DNA from: the human T2T-CHM13v2.0 reference genome, Homo sapiens
Length of the DNA: 64,000 bases
Strand: one strand, 5' to 3'
Assembly (NCBI RefSeq): GCF_009914755.1
Contig: NC_060940.1
Made by a program: the position numbers and the translations under genes
Notes under the pieces: model-generated
Databases searched by the model: none
What the model was told of the DNA's origin: nothing
The model's input: the letters and a program-made list of their open reading frames with translations, nothing else
Shown: positions 20,325 to 39,596 of the stretch, one piece after another
Numbering within the stretch: the first letter of the stretch is position 1
How the letters are laid out: each line of letters begins with the position of its first letter

Positions 20325-20730
20325 CGTCCATCCGTGGATGATGGATAAACCCAGTGTAATCCGCCATCCCTTGGAGCGTCATTCAGCCGCACACAGGAAG
20401 ACATGCTGCAACGTGCAGGACCCCTGAAAACACTGGGCTGCGTGAAAGGGTCAGTGACCACGAGTTGTATGATTCTGAGTGCACAAATGTCCAGGACAGG
20501 CGGATCCAGAGAGATGGACGAGATTCGTGGCTGCTTAGGGCGGGGGGAAGGGGCGATGGAGAGTGAGGGCTGAGTGGATGGGGTCTCTCTTTGGGGTGAT
20601 AAAATGTCTTGGAACTAGATGATGGGGATGGTTGCCCAACACTGGGAGTGACTTAAACACCACGGATTTGTACGTGTTTAAATGACTAACGGTTAATGTG
20701 ATGTTATGTGTGAACTATACATCCAAAAGA
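20325..20730 (+). mobile_element. Old L1 (L1MB-like) 3' end fragment
   Basis: Typical L1M 3'UTR segments (TTGTATGATTC..AAATGTCCAG..GGGGTGATAAAATGT..GGTTGCCCAAC). Confidence 0.7.
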
Positions 20731-20878
20731 TAAAAGCAGTTCAGGCCTGGAATCGAACGGTCCTGGGTTCAGATCTCACCTCTACCACTTGGTGACACCA
20801 GGCGAGTGACTCGGCTCAGCTTTCGAAGTCTCAGTTTCCTCTTCTGTGAAGCAGGGAGACACCTGTGCTGGCCTCCTG

Positions 20879-21134
20879 GGGACCAGCAGGTAGAAGACCC
20901 TGAGCCGCTGGCATTGCCATCACTGCAGAACTGTGCTCCCAAGACCAGCCAGTGGAGGACCCTGACCTACTGCTGTGTCCCTGTCACTGCAGAACTGTGC
21001 TCCCAGGGCTGGCGGGTGGAGGACCCTGAGCCGCTGGTGTCATCCTCACTGCAGAACTGTGCTCCCGGGGCCAGCAGGTGGAGGACCCTGAGCTGCTGGT
21101 GTTGCCATCACTGCAGATCTGTGCTCCCAGGGCC
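20879..21134. repeat. Minisatellite, about 62-64 bp x4
   Basis: Unit approximately GGCCAGCAGGTGGAGGACCCTGAGCCGCTGGTGTTGCCATCACTGCAGAACTGTGCTCCCAG. Confidence 0.9.
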
Positions 21135-21254
21135 GGCCGAATGCCTGGCTTCCACCCTCAGACTTTCTTTCCAATGTGGGCGAAGGGAACACGGAGGGAC
21201 AGCGGTCGCAGCAGCCCACACTTGCTGTGTCGGGCGTGGTCTCAGTGGCTGGAG

Positions 21255-21450
21255 CGTGAAGATGGAGGCGGGGATGGGAGTGGGCGGCCCTGAGTCAAGG
21301 GACACCTGTAGCCCCCAGAAGCTGGAAGAGGCAGGAGGGGTCCTGGAGCCTCCCGAGGGAGCCTGGCCCTGCCACCACCTTGATGTTGGCCTCTGGCCTC
21401 CAGGACTGTGAGAGAACAAAAGGGCTGTTGTCTTAAGCCCCTGTTTGCGG
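21255..21450 (+). mobile_element. MaLR (MLT1-like) LTR fragment
   Basis: CCAGAAGCTGGAAGAGGCA..GGCCCTGCC..ACCTTGA..TGGCCTCCAG.ACTGTGAGAGAA motif string. Confidence 0.7.
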
Positions 21451-22039
21451 ACAAAGGGAATAATCTCAACATTGAAAAAATATGGCCTTAATCTTTAGTG
21501 CTGTAGGTGGCAAACTTACCTTCAGGATGGCAAAGACAGATCTTTTTTTCCTGTTGACAGGCATTCTAACATTTCCAGAGACACGGGAGCCAGGTTCTCC
21601 TGCTTGGCCTCTGCACTATGAGCCAAACCTGCCTATTGTTAAGTGATTGAATGAGTTGACACTCACCTTGAACTTTCTTCCACTCTTCCCTGGATTACAA
21701 GAAGAATTCATTGCTCAGCCCATGTCCCAGCATGAGGCTGGAAGCAGCTGTTGAATTTTGTAGAGACTGGAGGGCCCTGCACTCTTTGCAGCTGCCAGCT
21801 TCAGCGCTGCTCTCTTCGGCCACTTTGCCCCGCCTCTGTTTTGGGCAGTGGCTGCAGGGCAGATACCATTCAACCAGGTCAAATTTCCCTGTGAGGATGG
21901 AAGTTTGCAGGTTATAATTCAATTCTCTATCTTGGAAAATATCCAGGTGGATATTGTTTACCACCAAAACAATGACTTCTATCGTGTGAGCCCGAAAACC
22001 AGGCTGATGCATGCTACGCCATGCGTGAGTGGTGCCTGC

Positions 22040-22593
22040 TCCACGTGTGAACTGTGTCTGTTCCATGTGTGAACTGTGTCTGTTCCATGTGTGAACTGTG
22101 TCTGTTCCATGTGTGATCCATGCTGCTCCATATGTGTTCCATGCTGCTCCATGTGTGAACCATGTCTGTTCCACATGTTAACTATCTGTTCCATGTGTGA
22201 ACCATGTCTGTTCCACATGTTAACTATCTGTTCCATGTGTGAACCATGTCTGTTCCATGTGTGAACCGTGTCTGTTCCATGTGTGATCCATGCTGCTCCA
22301 CATGTGAACCATGTCTTTTCCATGTGTGAACCATGTCTGCTCCGTGTGTGATCCATGCTCTTCCATGTGTGAACCGTGTCTATTCCATGTGAGATCCATG
22401 CTGCTCCATGTGTGAACCGTGTCTGTTCCATGTGTGAACTGTGTCTGTTCCATGTGTGATCTGTGTCTGTTCCATGTCTGGTCCATGCTGCTCCATGTGT
22501 GAACTGTGTCTGTTCCATGTGTGAACCGTGTCTGTTCCATGTGTGAGCCATGTCTGTTCCATGTGTGATCCATGTCTGCTCCATGTCTGATCA
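22040..22593. repeat. VNTR with 21-22-bp units (about 25 copies)
   Basis: Interspersed CCATGTGTGAACYGTGTCTGTT and CCATGTGTGATCCATGCTGCT units. Confidence 0.92.
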
Positions 22594-24220
22594 CACCTGC
22601 TCCCTGTCACTCATTTTGTCTAGACTTCTCAATGATGACAGCCCCCAATTACCCGGATTTAAGGTAGTTTCTAAATATTTGTAGCCAGATCCATCTAGTA
22701 TCCTGCAATTCATTCATTGACTCAGCAAACAATTCACGATAGCTAGACATACGCCTGGCTTTGTGAGAATGTGTGTCCGTATGACACCCCAGCCTGCGGG
22801 TGACCCTTTCATGTGCACCCCTGTGATAACAGGGGATGTGCAGGAGCCCAGGTGCGGGGGGAGGGGATGCTGCTGCCTGGGGCTGGCACTGACGAAGGTG
22901 TGGTGGAGAGGAGGGGCTGGGCTGGGCCTTGGCAGAGAGGAGAAAGTGCATCTAGCAGAGCAGGGAGGACAGCCCAGGAGAGGGAGCAGCGCCTAGAGGC
23001 CCTGCGGCAGCGCACAGCAGTCCCCGAGCTTACAAGTGGGAGCACTGCAGCCCATGGCGCCCGACCACGTTTATTGTGTGCTGTGGGCAAGCAGAACAGT
23101 AGAGGATCCCGCCCCTGGGGACTCACATTCCAGAGGGGGATGCAAGCATCATGCAGCAACACGTGCCTGATGCCAACAGCTGGGGAGGGGACACAGGGAG
23201 ACCGTGGTTGGGGCAGGTGTCTGAGAACTGGTTGAGGATGGAAAGGAGTGACTGTGAAGCAGCCTTGGGGACAGCAACCCCAGCCAGAGGCCCACACACA
23301 CAAGGTGACGTGGAAGAGGGCCAGGCTGCGAATCTTGCTGGGAGAAGCTCGTGCTCATTCCCAAGCCTAGTGGAAAGCCTCAGTTTTGAACAGGGCAGCA
23401 GAATGGCCAAGTGTCGGTTTCTCAAAAAAACCCACTGTTAAAAGAAAAATGGATTTGGGGGAAGAGGGGAAGAGGCTGGAAAGAAAGTGGCTAAACTGGA
23501 AGGCCAGCTTGTCACTCAGGCTGCAGCAGAAGGGACAGAGAAAAGTGGACAGACTTGGAATAGGCGGCAGTTTGAGGGTCCTCCAGCAGAGCCTGCTGCT
23601 GCCCTGGGTGCAAGGAGTGAGGGGAGAGGAGGTCCCAAGGGGGCTCCTGAGATTGCCTGTGGCGTCGGGTGGATGGAAGAACCATTTATCAAGACGGGGT
23701 TGGTGGGCACAGAGTTGGGGACGCAGCAGTGCACGGACAGCCCACCTTTCAGCAGGAGGGACAAGTGTCAAAAAATGACACTTACTGCTCCGTTAACGGA
23801 GTAATGGAGCAGACACTCCGTTACTGCTGGGCACCGCTGTGTGCCAGGTGCCATCTGGGGGCTCAGCTCAGGCCGAGGAAACAGGAGGAGCAGGTGTTGA
23901 GCAGGTGGTATGGGGCGGGCGGGGAAGGGTGCCCTCAGGTCCATCAGAACAGCCACAAGAGCCCTGGGGTGGGAGGGGGCCGATATTCTGGTCGGCACAG
24001 AGTGGGCTGCCAGGAGAGGGCGGGGGCGGAGGGGCAGGAATGTGGATTCTGTCCCAAGGGGGCAAGGCTGAGGGGATGTAGCTGGGCACATGGTCTGCTC
24101 TGAATTGAGCTTGGTTCTCTGGAGGGTCGATGGGAAGGACGTGCTGGGGATGGGGAGGAAGCGGAGGAGGAGGAGGCGGTGGCAGCTGGGAACAGGCAAT
24201 GCTTCTCACACAGGCGTATC

Positions 24221-24226
24221 TTTATT
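24221..24226 (-). terminator. Distal AATAAA poly(A) signal (possible alternative CA5A 3' end)
   Basis: tttatt on + in unique sequence, 6.5 kb downstream of CA5A exon 7. Confidence 0.5.
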
Positions 24227-25574
24227 AAACAAGAAAATAAGATAAAAGCAAAGGGAGGAAGCCTTGAACCTTAAAAGCTGGGCCAGAAATTCTACAATAC
24301 AATCAGAAGCCACAATCTGGTCACAGTGAGAGCCCTTCCCGCAGAGCCGCAGACACCGGCCGCTGCCCCCTGGGGCGGGAGGGAAGCCTCCTGTTTGTTT
24401 TTTGTCCCGTTGCTTTGAGGGCTGGAATCAATGTCTTTTCCTCTCGGCGTGTTTGTGGTTTCATCTCAGTGTGTCCAGGCTCGGATGGCTTCCCGGGAGT
24501 ATCTCCGTGTCTCAGGATTAGCACCAGTTTTTAAAAATAACTGACAAAGGCCATTTTTCAGGAGACAAAGATGTTGGTGGGTGCAGAGGGCCCCCTGTGT
24601 GTTGATAAGGAAAATGAAGGTCAGCCACTCCCTGCTTCTCTTGGTGTCTTGTTGGACACGATGTCAACATGGGGCCGGTAGAACTGGAGCCCAGGGCCCC
24701 TCTGGCCGCTTGGGCCTTTCTCTGTCCCCAAGCCCACCTGGAAATGGGCAGCCCATGGAGAATGGCTGAATAGCTGCTCTCTGCCCCCATCCCAAGCCCC
24801 AGGTTCAGAGACCACCCCCTCCATTGACTGTGTCACCCCTTCCCCAGCAGAGGAGCGGGCTGTTCTCAGAGCGCTGCAGGAAGCCCAGACAAGTGCCTTC
24901 CTCTGGCTGCTGCTTCCATCAGCGTGAACTGCCCGGCATTGTAGGATAAGTTTTCTCCTGGGTTTTAAGGTTCAGGACTTTCTCTCTTTGCTGCGCTTTT
25001 TCCTTGACTGATTGCACAAATCAGAGAAGGCAAGAGTGAAATGCTGCGTATCCCTTGGCCTAGCGGGTCAGCGACAACTTTCTCAACTTCTCAAGTGAGC
25101 CTCAGTTTCCTTATTAAAAACCAGGGACGATTTTGTGGAACTTGTCGCAACTCAATGGGAGTGCCGTGGCCCTTACGCCCAACGACACCATCCTGTCACT
25201 TCGGGAGTTTTTCCTAAAACACCATTCCCCAGACCAACGGCGCTGCGAGCTTCTGGGGCGTGGGCTGGGCCCAACATGTCAGTGCGACCCACAGCGGGGC
25301 TGGAGCTGCTGAATGTGCACAACACACTTCACCCGGGCCTGGTTCAGGAGCGGGCGAGGCAGCCGTACACCCTGTCCTTCAGCAGACTCCTCTTGATCGA
25401 TGGAATCAAAGTCAGGCGCAGCAGCTTAGAGCAGAACAGAAACGTGCCCATTTCCCCGCTTGGTGCTTTCCCGCTTCCACTTCGACTCCTTCAACCCAAT
25501 CCTCTTTCACCCGCATCGCCACCAAGTGTGAGCTCCTTTAAAGAGCCAGACGCTTTATTTTGGGGGGGCGTGGA

Positions 25575-28240
<2,666 letters not shown>

Positions 28241-28720
28241 AGCAGCAGCTCCAAAGTCTCCACCCAGCCTGTGGGGCCCCAGTACCCACCCTTGCCTCCC
28301 ATGCCTCTCTCCTCACCCCTGCACTTGGCTGCCCTCACCCTCGGGCTGCACCTTGAACACCAGAAGGGCGCTCCTGCCTCCAGCCTCTGCCTGGAATTCT
28401 CTGCCCTTGGGTAGCCACGTGGTTCACTCCTCCTTTGGTCTCTGCCCAAATGGCCCCTGTAGAAGAGACCTCCCCACCCAGCCATGTCCTCTTCCTGTGA
28501 CTTACCACCCCAGACTTTCTGTGTGGATGCATCATGGTCTACCTCCTTCCATCAGAATGTGAGCTCCGAGGCAAAGGCTCTTCAGACCTTAAACAGTCTA
28601 GGCTCCGTCCCCAGAGTCTAGAATAGAGCCTGCCACGTAATTGGCACTCAATAAATGTTACATGAATTAATGGAAACCATCCTGGCACGAGTGGTAGCTC
28701 TCTTTCCTCCAAAAGAATGA

Positions 28721-29086
<366 letters not shown>

Positions 29087-29473
29087 TAGGAGCTTTATTG
29101 TTTTACCTTTCCTGTTTAGATCTATAATCTGTCAGGAATTAATTTTTGTGTGTGCTGTGAGGTAGGGGTGTGAGGTATGGTGAGAAAAAAGATTCATGGT
29201 TCCCCATTTGGATATCCCGTTGGCTCGGTGGGGTGGCTAATGCCTGTAATCCCAGCACTTTGGGAGGTCAAGGCAGGAGAACTATTGGAGCCCAGGAGTT
29301 CAGGACCAACCTGGGCAACATAGTGAGACCCCATGGATCGACTGATGAATTGATCGATCAATCAATAGATAGATCAATCAATAGATATCCAAATGATCCA
29401 AAACTATTCACAGAAGAGCCCATCCATTCCCTACAGCATGAGTCAGGGATCACAAATGTGTGGAACCTTCTAG

Positions 29474-29866
<393 letters not shown>

Positions 29867-30085
29867 TGAAGTAGGTCTTGACATCAAATTGTGTATGTTT
29901 TCTGGTTTTATCCTGCCAGATTATTTTTGGTTGTATTTTTGGTAGAGACGGGGTTTCACCATGTTGGCCAGGCTGGTCTCAAACTCCTGACCTCAAGTGA
30001 TCTGCCTGCCTTGGCCTCCCAAAGTGCTGGGATTACAGGCGTGAACCACGGTGCCTGGCCTCACAAGAATTCCTTTTTACTTTGA

Positions 30086-30345
<260 letters not shown>

Positions 30346-30681
30346 TGAGGCAATGCACCCCGCCAGTTCTTACAAGGAGGAGGCAGAAGCTGGAAAGGCA
30401 AGGAAAAAGATCCTGCCCTAGAGCCTCAGAAGGAAGCAGCCGTGCGGACACCTTGGTGTCGGGCTTCTGGCTCACTGAACCGTAAGAGAATCAATCTCCA
30501 TTGTTTTAATCCACCAAGTTTGTGGTACTTCGTTACAGTGAAACTAAGCACCCTGCACTTGCGTTGGGTGCCATGGCACACCCCTCCATCCCAGCGTTAT
30601 GTTCCCCACGGTACCTACACATCTTTCTTTCACTTGCAGCTGAAAAGTACTTTGACTAAAACAATAACCTCATGCTCTCTT

Positions 30682-30687
30682 TTTAAT
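30682..30687 (-). terminator. CA5A: CA5A poly(A) signal ATTAAA
   Basis: tttaat on +, about 95 nt after the stop codon; T/GT-rich sequence downstream on -. Confidence 0.7.
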
Positions 30688-30780
30688 TTCAGAAGTCATG
30701 TACAATCACATTGTGAAACTTGGGAAACAACGCTTCCTTCCTTCAAAGTCAGTTCTGCTATTCATGTGGACCTAATGTCT

Positions 30781-30990
<210 letters not shown>

Positions 30991-31590
30991 TCAGGCCTTA
31001 TGTGGTCCCCTCCCATGCTGAATCAGGATGGCCCGAAATGATCAATAAATATGGTGGAAGTGATGGTGTGTGCAGGGCCAGATTATAAAAGGCATTGCCG
31101 CTTCCGCCTTGGTCTTTAGGATCACTTGCTCTGGGGGGAAGCTGGTCGCCATATTGGGAGGGTACTCAAGCAGCCCCGAGGAGAGGCCCATAGGGAGAGG
31201 AACTGAGGCTCCCAGCGAACTGCCAGCACCAACTTGCTAGCTACTCGAGAGGGCCAACCTTGGAATGAATCCTCTAGCCCTAGTTGAGCTTTCAGATTGC
31301 TACAGTCCCAGCTGACACTGGGCTACAATTCATGAAAGATGGTAAGCCAGAGCCACCCAAATTCACAACCCAAGGAAACTATGGGAGATAATAAATGATT
31401 GGTTTTTGATGTTGTTGTTTGAGACAGTGTTTCGCTCTTGTTTCCCAGGCTGGAGTGTCATTGGCGAGATCTCAGCTCGCTGCAACCTCCGCCTCCCAGG
31501 TTCAAGCGATTCTCCTGCCTCGGCCTCCTAAGTAGTTGGAATTACAGGCACAAGCCACCACGCCCGGCTAATTTTTTTTTTTTTTTTTGA

Positions 31591-31695
<105 letters not shown>

Positions 31696-33256
31696 TGAGT
31701 AGCTGGGCTTACAGGCATGCACCACCATGCCCAGTTAATTTTGTATTTTTAGTAGAGATGGGGTTTCTCCATGTTGGTCAGGCTGCTCTCAAACTCCTGA
31801 CCTCAGGTTATCCACCTGCCTCGGCCTCCCAAAGTACTGGGATTATAGGCGTTTAGCCACTGTGCTAGGCCTAATTTTGTATTTTTAGTAGAGACAGGGT
31901 TTCACCATGTTGGTCAGGCTGGTCTTGAACTCCTGACCTCAGGTGATCGACTTGCCTAGGCCCCCAAAGTGCTGGGATTACAGGCATGAGCTACTGCACC
32001 CGGCCCAAATGATTGTTTTCTAAAGCCACTATGTTTTGGAGCTATTTGTTACACAGCAATAGATAACTAACACCTATAATGTAAATGCTAAAGTAACATT
32101 TGAATTTACTTTTCACTGAAGGAACTAAAAGACTACTTTTTATGGCTGGATGTGGTGCCTCACGCCTGTAATCCCAGCACTTTGGGAGGCCGAGGTGGGT
32201 GAATCACCTGAGGTCAGGAGTTTGAGACCAGCCTGGCCAACATGGAGAAACCCTGTTTCTACTAAAAATACAAAATTAGCCAGGTGTGGTGGCTCATGCT
32301 TGTAATCCAGCTACTTGGGAGGGTGAGGCAGGAGAAGCTCTTTAACCTGGGAGGCGGAGCTTGTGGTGAGCGAGATCACGCCATTGCACTCCAGCCCGGG
32401 CAACAAGAGGGAAACTCCATCTCAAAAAAAAATAATAAAATAAAAAATAAAAAAAGACTTTTTATGTATTATCTCACTTGTTCACAGAATATACTTATGA
32501 ACCCTGTGAGGCAACTCACGCATTTGATTACATTCAGAAGTGAGATTATGTCTACATGCTGACAGCATACTGGTCCAGTTAGCCCTGCGTGATGATGCAG
32601 CGCCCCCTAGGGTTGCGCGCATGGTGCACGTGGCCTCCTGGGCCGTGACCACGGTGTGCTCATCCACATTTGTGGTCTGCACATTTGTTGACTGTGCAGC
32701 CTTTCTCCTCCCCTGGAAAACTCCCCGCCTTCCAGGACATGTGCCTCCCTGGCTCCCCTGCTCAGGATAAGGGGCTCCTGCCCTGCATTTTTATATGACA
32801 CCGGCCACCCTGGCTTAATACTATTGGCTTCGTTTCTACTTTCCTGCCATACAGCAGTGTTCTGAGACGAATGCCCTGTTCCTGTACCGCCCCTCCACAC
32901 CTGCCCCCCTCCCACCCTCTCTTGGTGGCACAGACCCAGAATGGGCACTTGTCACATATATGCTTGTTGAGTGGCATAAGGGCCTTGCTGACAAGGGGCC
33001 ACCTTCAACAAAAGCCTTCCCCGTTTGTATATAAGGGAATATTTTCACAGGCCCGGGAGACTGAAAGACCCTCTAAGAGCTCACCTGGAGCCCTCGGAAA
33101 GAGATGAGCCAGAGATGCTAAGTCGCGCTGCGACTGCTGAGAAACGTCTGCCGGGCGGGGGCGGGGCATAGGCAGCACGTCTGTGGCTCTGAACTGCCTT
33201 GGACAGACAGAATTGCTACAGATTCTTAAGATTTCCAGAAAAAAATGATAGTATAA

Positions 33257-33618
<362 letters not shown>

Positions 33619-33788
33619 TAGATTTAGTAGAGACGGGGTTTCACCATGTTGGTCAGGCTGGTCTCGAACTCCTGGCCTCAAGTGATCTGGCTGCCTTGGC
33701 CTCTTTAAGTCCTAAAATTATGGGCATGAGCCATGACGCCCAGCCCAAGAGTATAACTTTAAAAAGTGTATACAAATATTATTAATTA

Positions 33789-34633
<845 letters not shown>

Positions 34634-34975
34634 TCAGTCCTCAGGGGAGACTAGGAGCTTCCATCTTGTCTCAGCACGTGAGGCCTTCATGGTGCTTGGA
34701 AGGAAGTGCTTTCCCCCAGATAAGGCCATGAGGCCACTGCTGTCACACTTGCAAGCAGTGATGAGAAAATGTGACCCTTCTATACAGAGCAAGGATTCCT
34801 GCCAACTTACATTGGTGGGAATTACGTTACATTACACCAGCTTACGTTGGTGCTCACATTTTTCCTTTTGAAGTCATTTCTTGGGGCGCAGTAGCTCACC
34901 CCTGTAATCTCAGCACTTTGGGAGGCCGAGGCGGGTGCATCACTTGAGGTCAGGAGTTCGAGACCAGCCTGGTCA

Positions 34976-36430
<1,455 letters not shown>

Positions 36431-36573
36431 GAGTCAGGGTCTTACTTTGTCACCCAGGCAGGAGTGCAATGATGCCATCATAGCTCACTGCAGGCTCTAA
36501 TTCCTGGGCTCAAGCGATCCCCCCGCCTCAGTTTCCCAAGTAGCTAGGACACCACACCAGGGTTTAAAATTAA

Positions 36574-36735
<162 letters not shown>

Positions 36736-37210
36736 TGAATCATAGGGTAGTTCTATTTATAACTTTTTATTTTTTTTATTTTTTTTGAGGCAGAGTCTCA
36801 CTCTGTCTTCCAGGCTGGAGTGCCGTGGCATGATCTCAGCTCACGGTGGTTGGGCCTGGCCGCAACACAGCCCTCATCAGCGTCCCATGCCAACCAAGCA
36901 TAGCTCTGCACCTGCCCCTGGCCAGCACTGTGGGACAAGAGTCCAGTCCAAAGTGACAGAGTCCCTGTCTGCAAGGAAGATGGCCTCCCTGCTCAGCCAC
37001 ATCACATCACCTTGACTTTGCTGGGCCCTGGCCTTCCAAGGTGGAAGCTGGCAACCCAGATGCCTTGGGCTTGTCTCCTAACATCAAGCAGTGAGGGTCA
37101 GGGTCAAGAGAGGTGGCTGAGCTACCAGAAGGAAGCCCGGGAGTGTCCACACTGGCAGACACATGCATCAGTTCTATGCACGCATGTTCACGTTTATAAT
37201 TATCCAGTTA

Positions 37211-37960
<750 letters not shown>

Positions 37961-38021
37961 TCACCTGAGGTCAGGAGTTCGAGACCAGCCTGACCAACAT
38001 GGCGAAACCATGTCTCTACTA

Positions 38022-38180
<159 letters not shown>

Positions 38181-38576
38181 TCAAAAAGAAAACAAAAAAC
38201 AAAAAACAAAAAAAGTAAATAAAAATTGAAGGGTACAGTTCTATGGTTTTGGGTATATTCACAGTTGTGCAGCCATCCCAAGTCAATTTTAGAACTTCCA
38301 CCTCAAGGGGGAAGCTTGGTACTTTTTAGCTATGGTCCCCACCCCCGCCCTGCTGCTTCTGTCTCTGTGGGTTTCATAGGAACTGAGTCATGTAACATGT
38401 GGAACATTTGTGTCTTGTGTCTCTCACTCAGCACGGCGCTTTTGAGGCTCACCCACACCGCAGCATGAGTTAGAGCTGTGTCCTTTCTGATTGCCAAGTA
38501 ATATCTCACTGCATGGTCTAGCTGGGTTGACATCCCATTGCACGCTCTAGCTGGGCTGTGAAGGAGCAGACTGCTT

Positions 38577-38663
38577 GTGCATGTGGGTAACAGGCGGGTG
38601 TGCAGTGAGACATCAGTCTGGTGCACGTGGGTAACAGGCGGGTGTGCAGTGAGACGTCCGTCT
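38577..38663. repeat. Tandem duplication, 44-bp period x2
   Basis: GTGCAYGTGGGTAACAGGCGGGTGTGCAGTGAGAC at 38577 and 38621. Confidence 0.85.
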
Positions 38664-39170
38664 CCTCCTGCCTGCCACACATCCCCAGGGCACAGATGTG
38701 CCAGTCACTTTCTGAGCAACTACTTCAAATCTTCAGAACAACCCTTTGAGAAGTATTTCTAGTTTACTGATGAAGATAGACAGACAGATATAAAAAACTT
38801 GCCCAAAGCCACGTTGCCAGTCAGGGCCACTGAGGCCTGGCCCGTTCCGAGGTGCGGGCTCTTCCTTCCCTCCCCAAGGCTGCAGGAATCAGTCAGGGGA
38901 GTGGCAGGCTCCAGCCATGCCACTGCGGGTAGGTTTCTTGCCAATTAAGCTTTCTGCCTTGGGCTGAGAAGAGGATGCCTGTGTGTTGCCTCATCGTCCC
39001 CAGGAGTTCCTGTCCTGTCTCTAAGATGCATGAGGGCTGGAGCAGCCATGTGGTTACAGAAAACTGCTCCCCCTCAGGGCCCCCAAAGCAAATCAGGGCC
39101 CTTCCTTTATGCATGTGGTGATCCTCAGGCAGCTAGAATGGGACACCGGTGAGCACACCAATGAGGATGA

Positions 39171-39596
<426 letters not shown>

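Noticed and set aside
20879-22593. Tandem arrays considered as CRISPR-like
   Set aside because: No unique spacers and no cas genes; eukaryotic minisatellites.
21695-22610. Overlapping 124-201-aa minus-strand ORFs (MEQTxFTHG / WNRHGSH repeats)
   Set aside because: Translations of the VNTR; the unique extension matched no protein I recognise.
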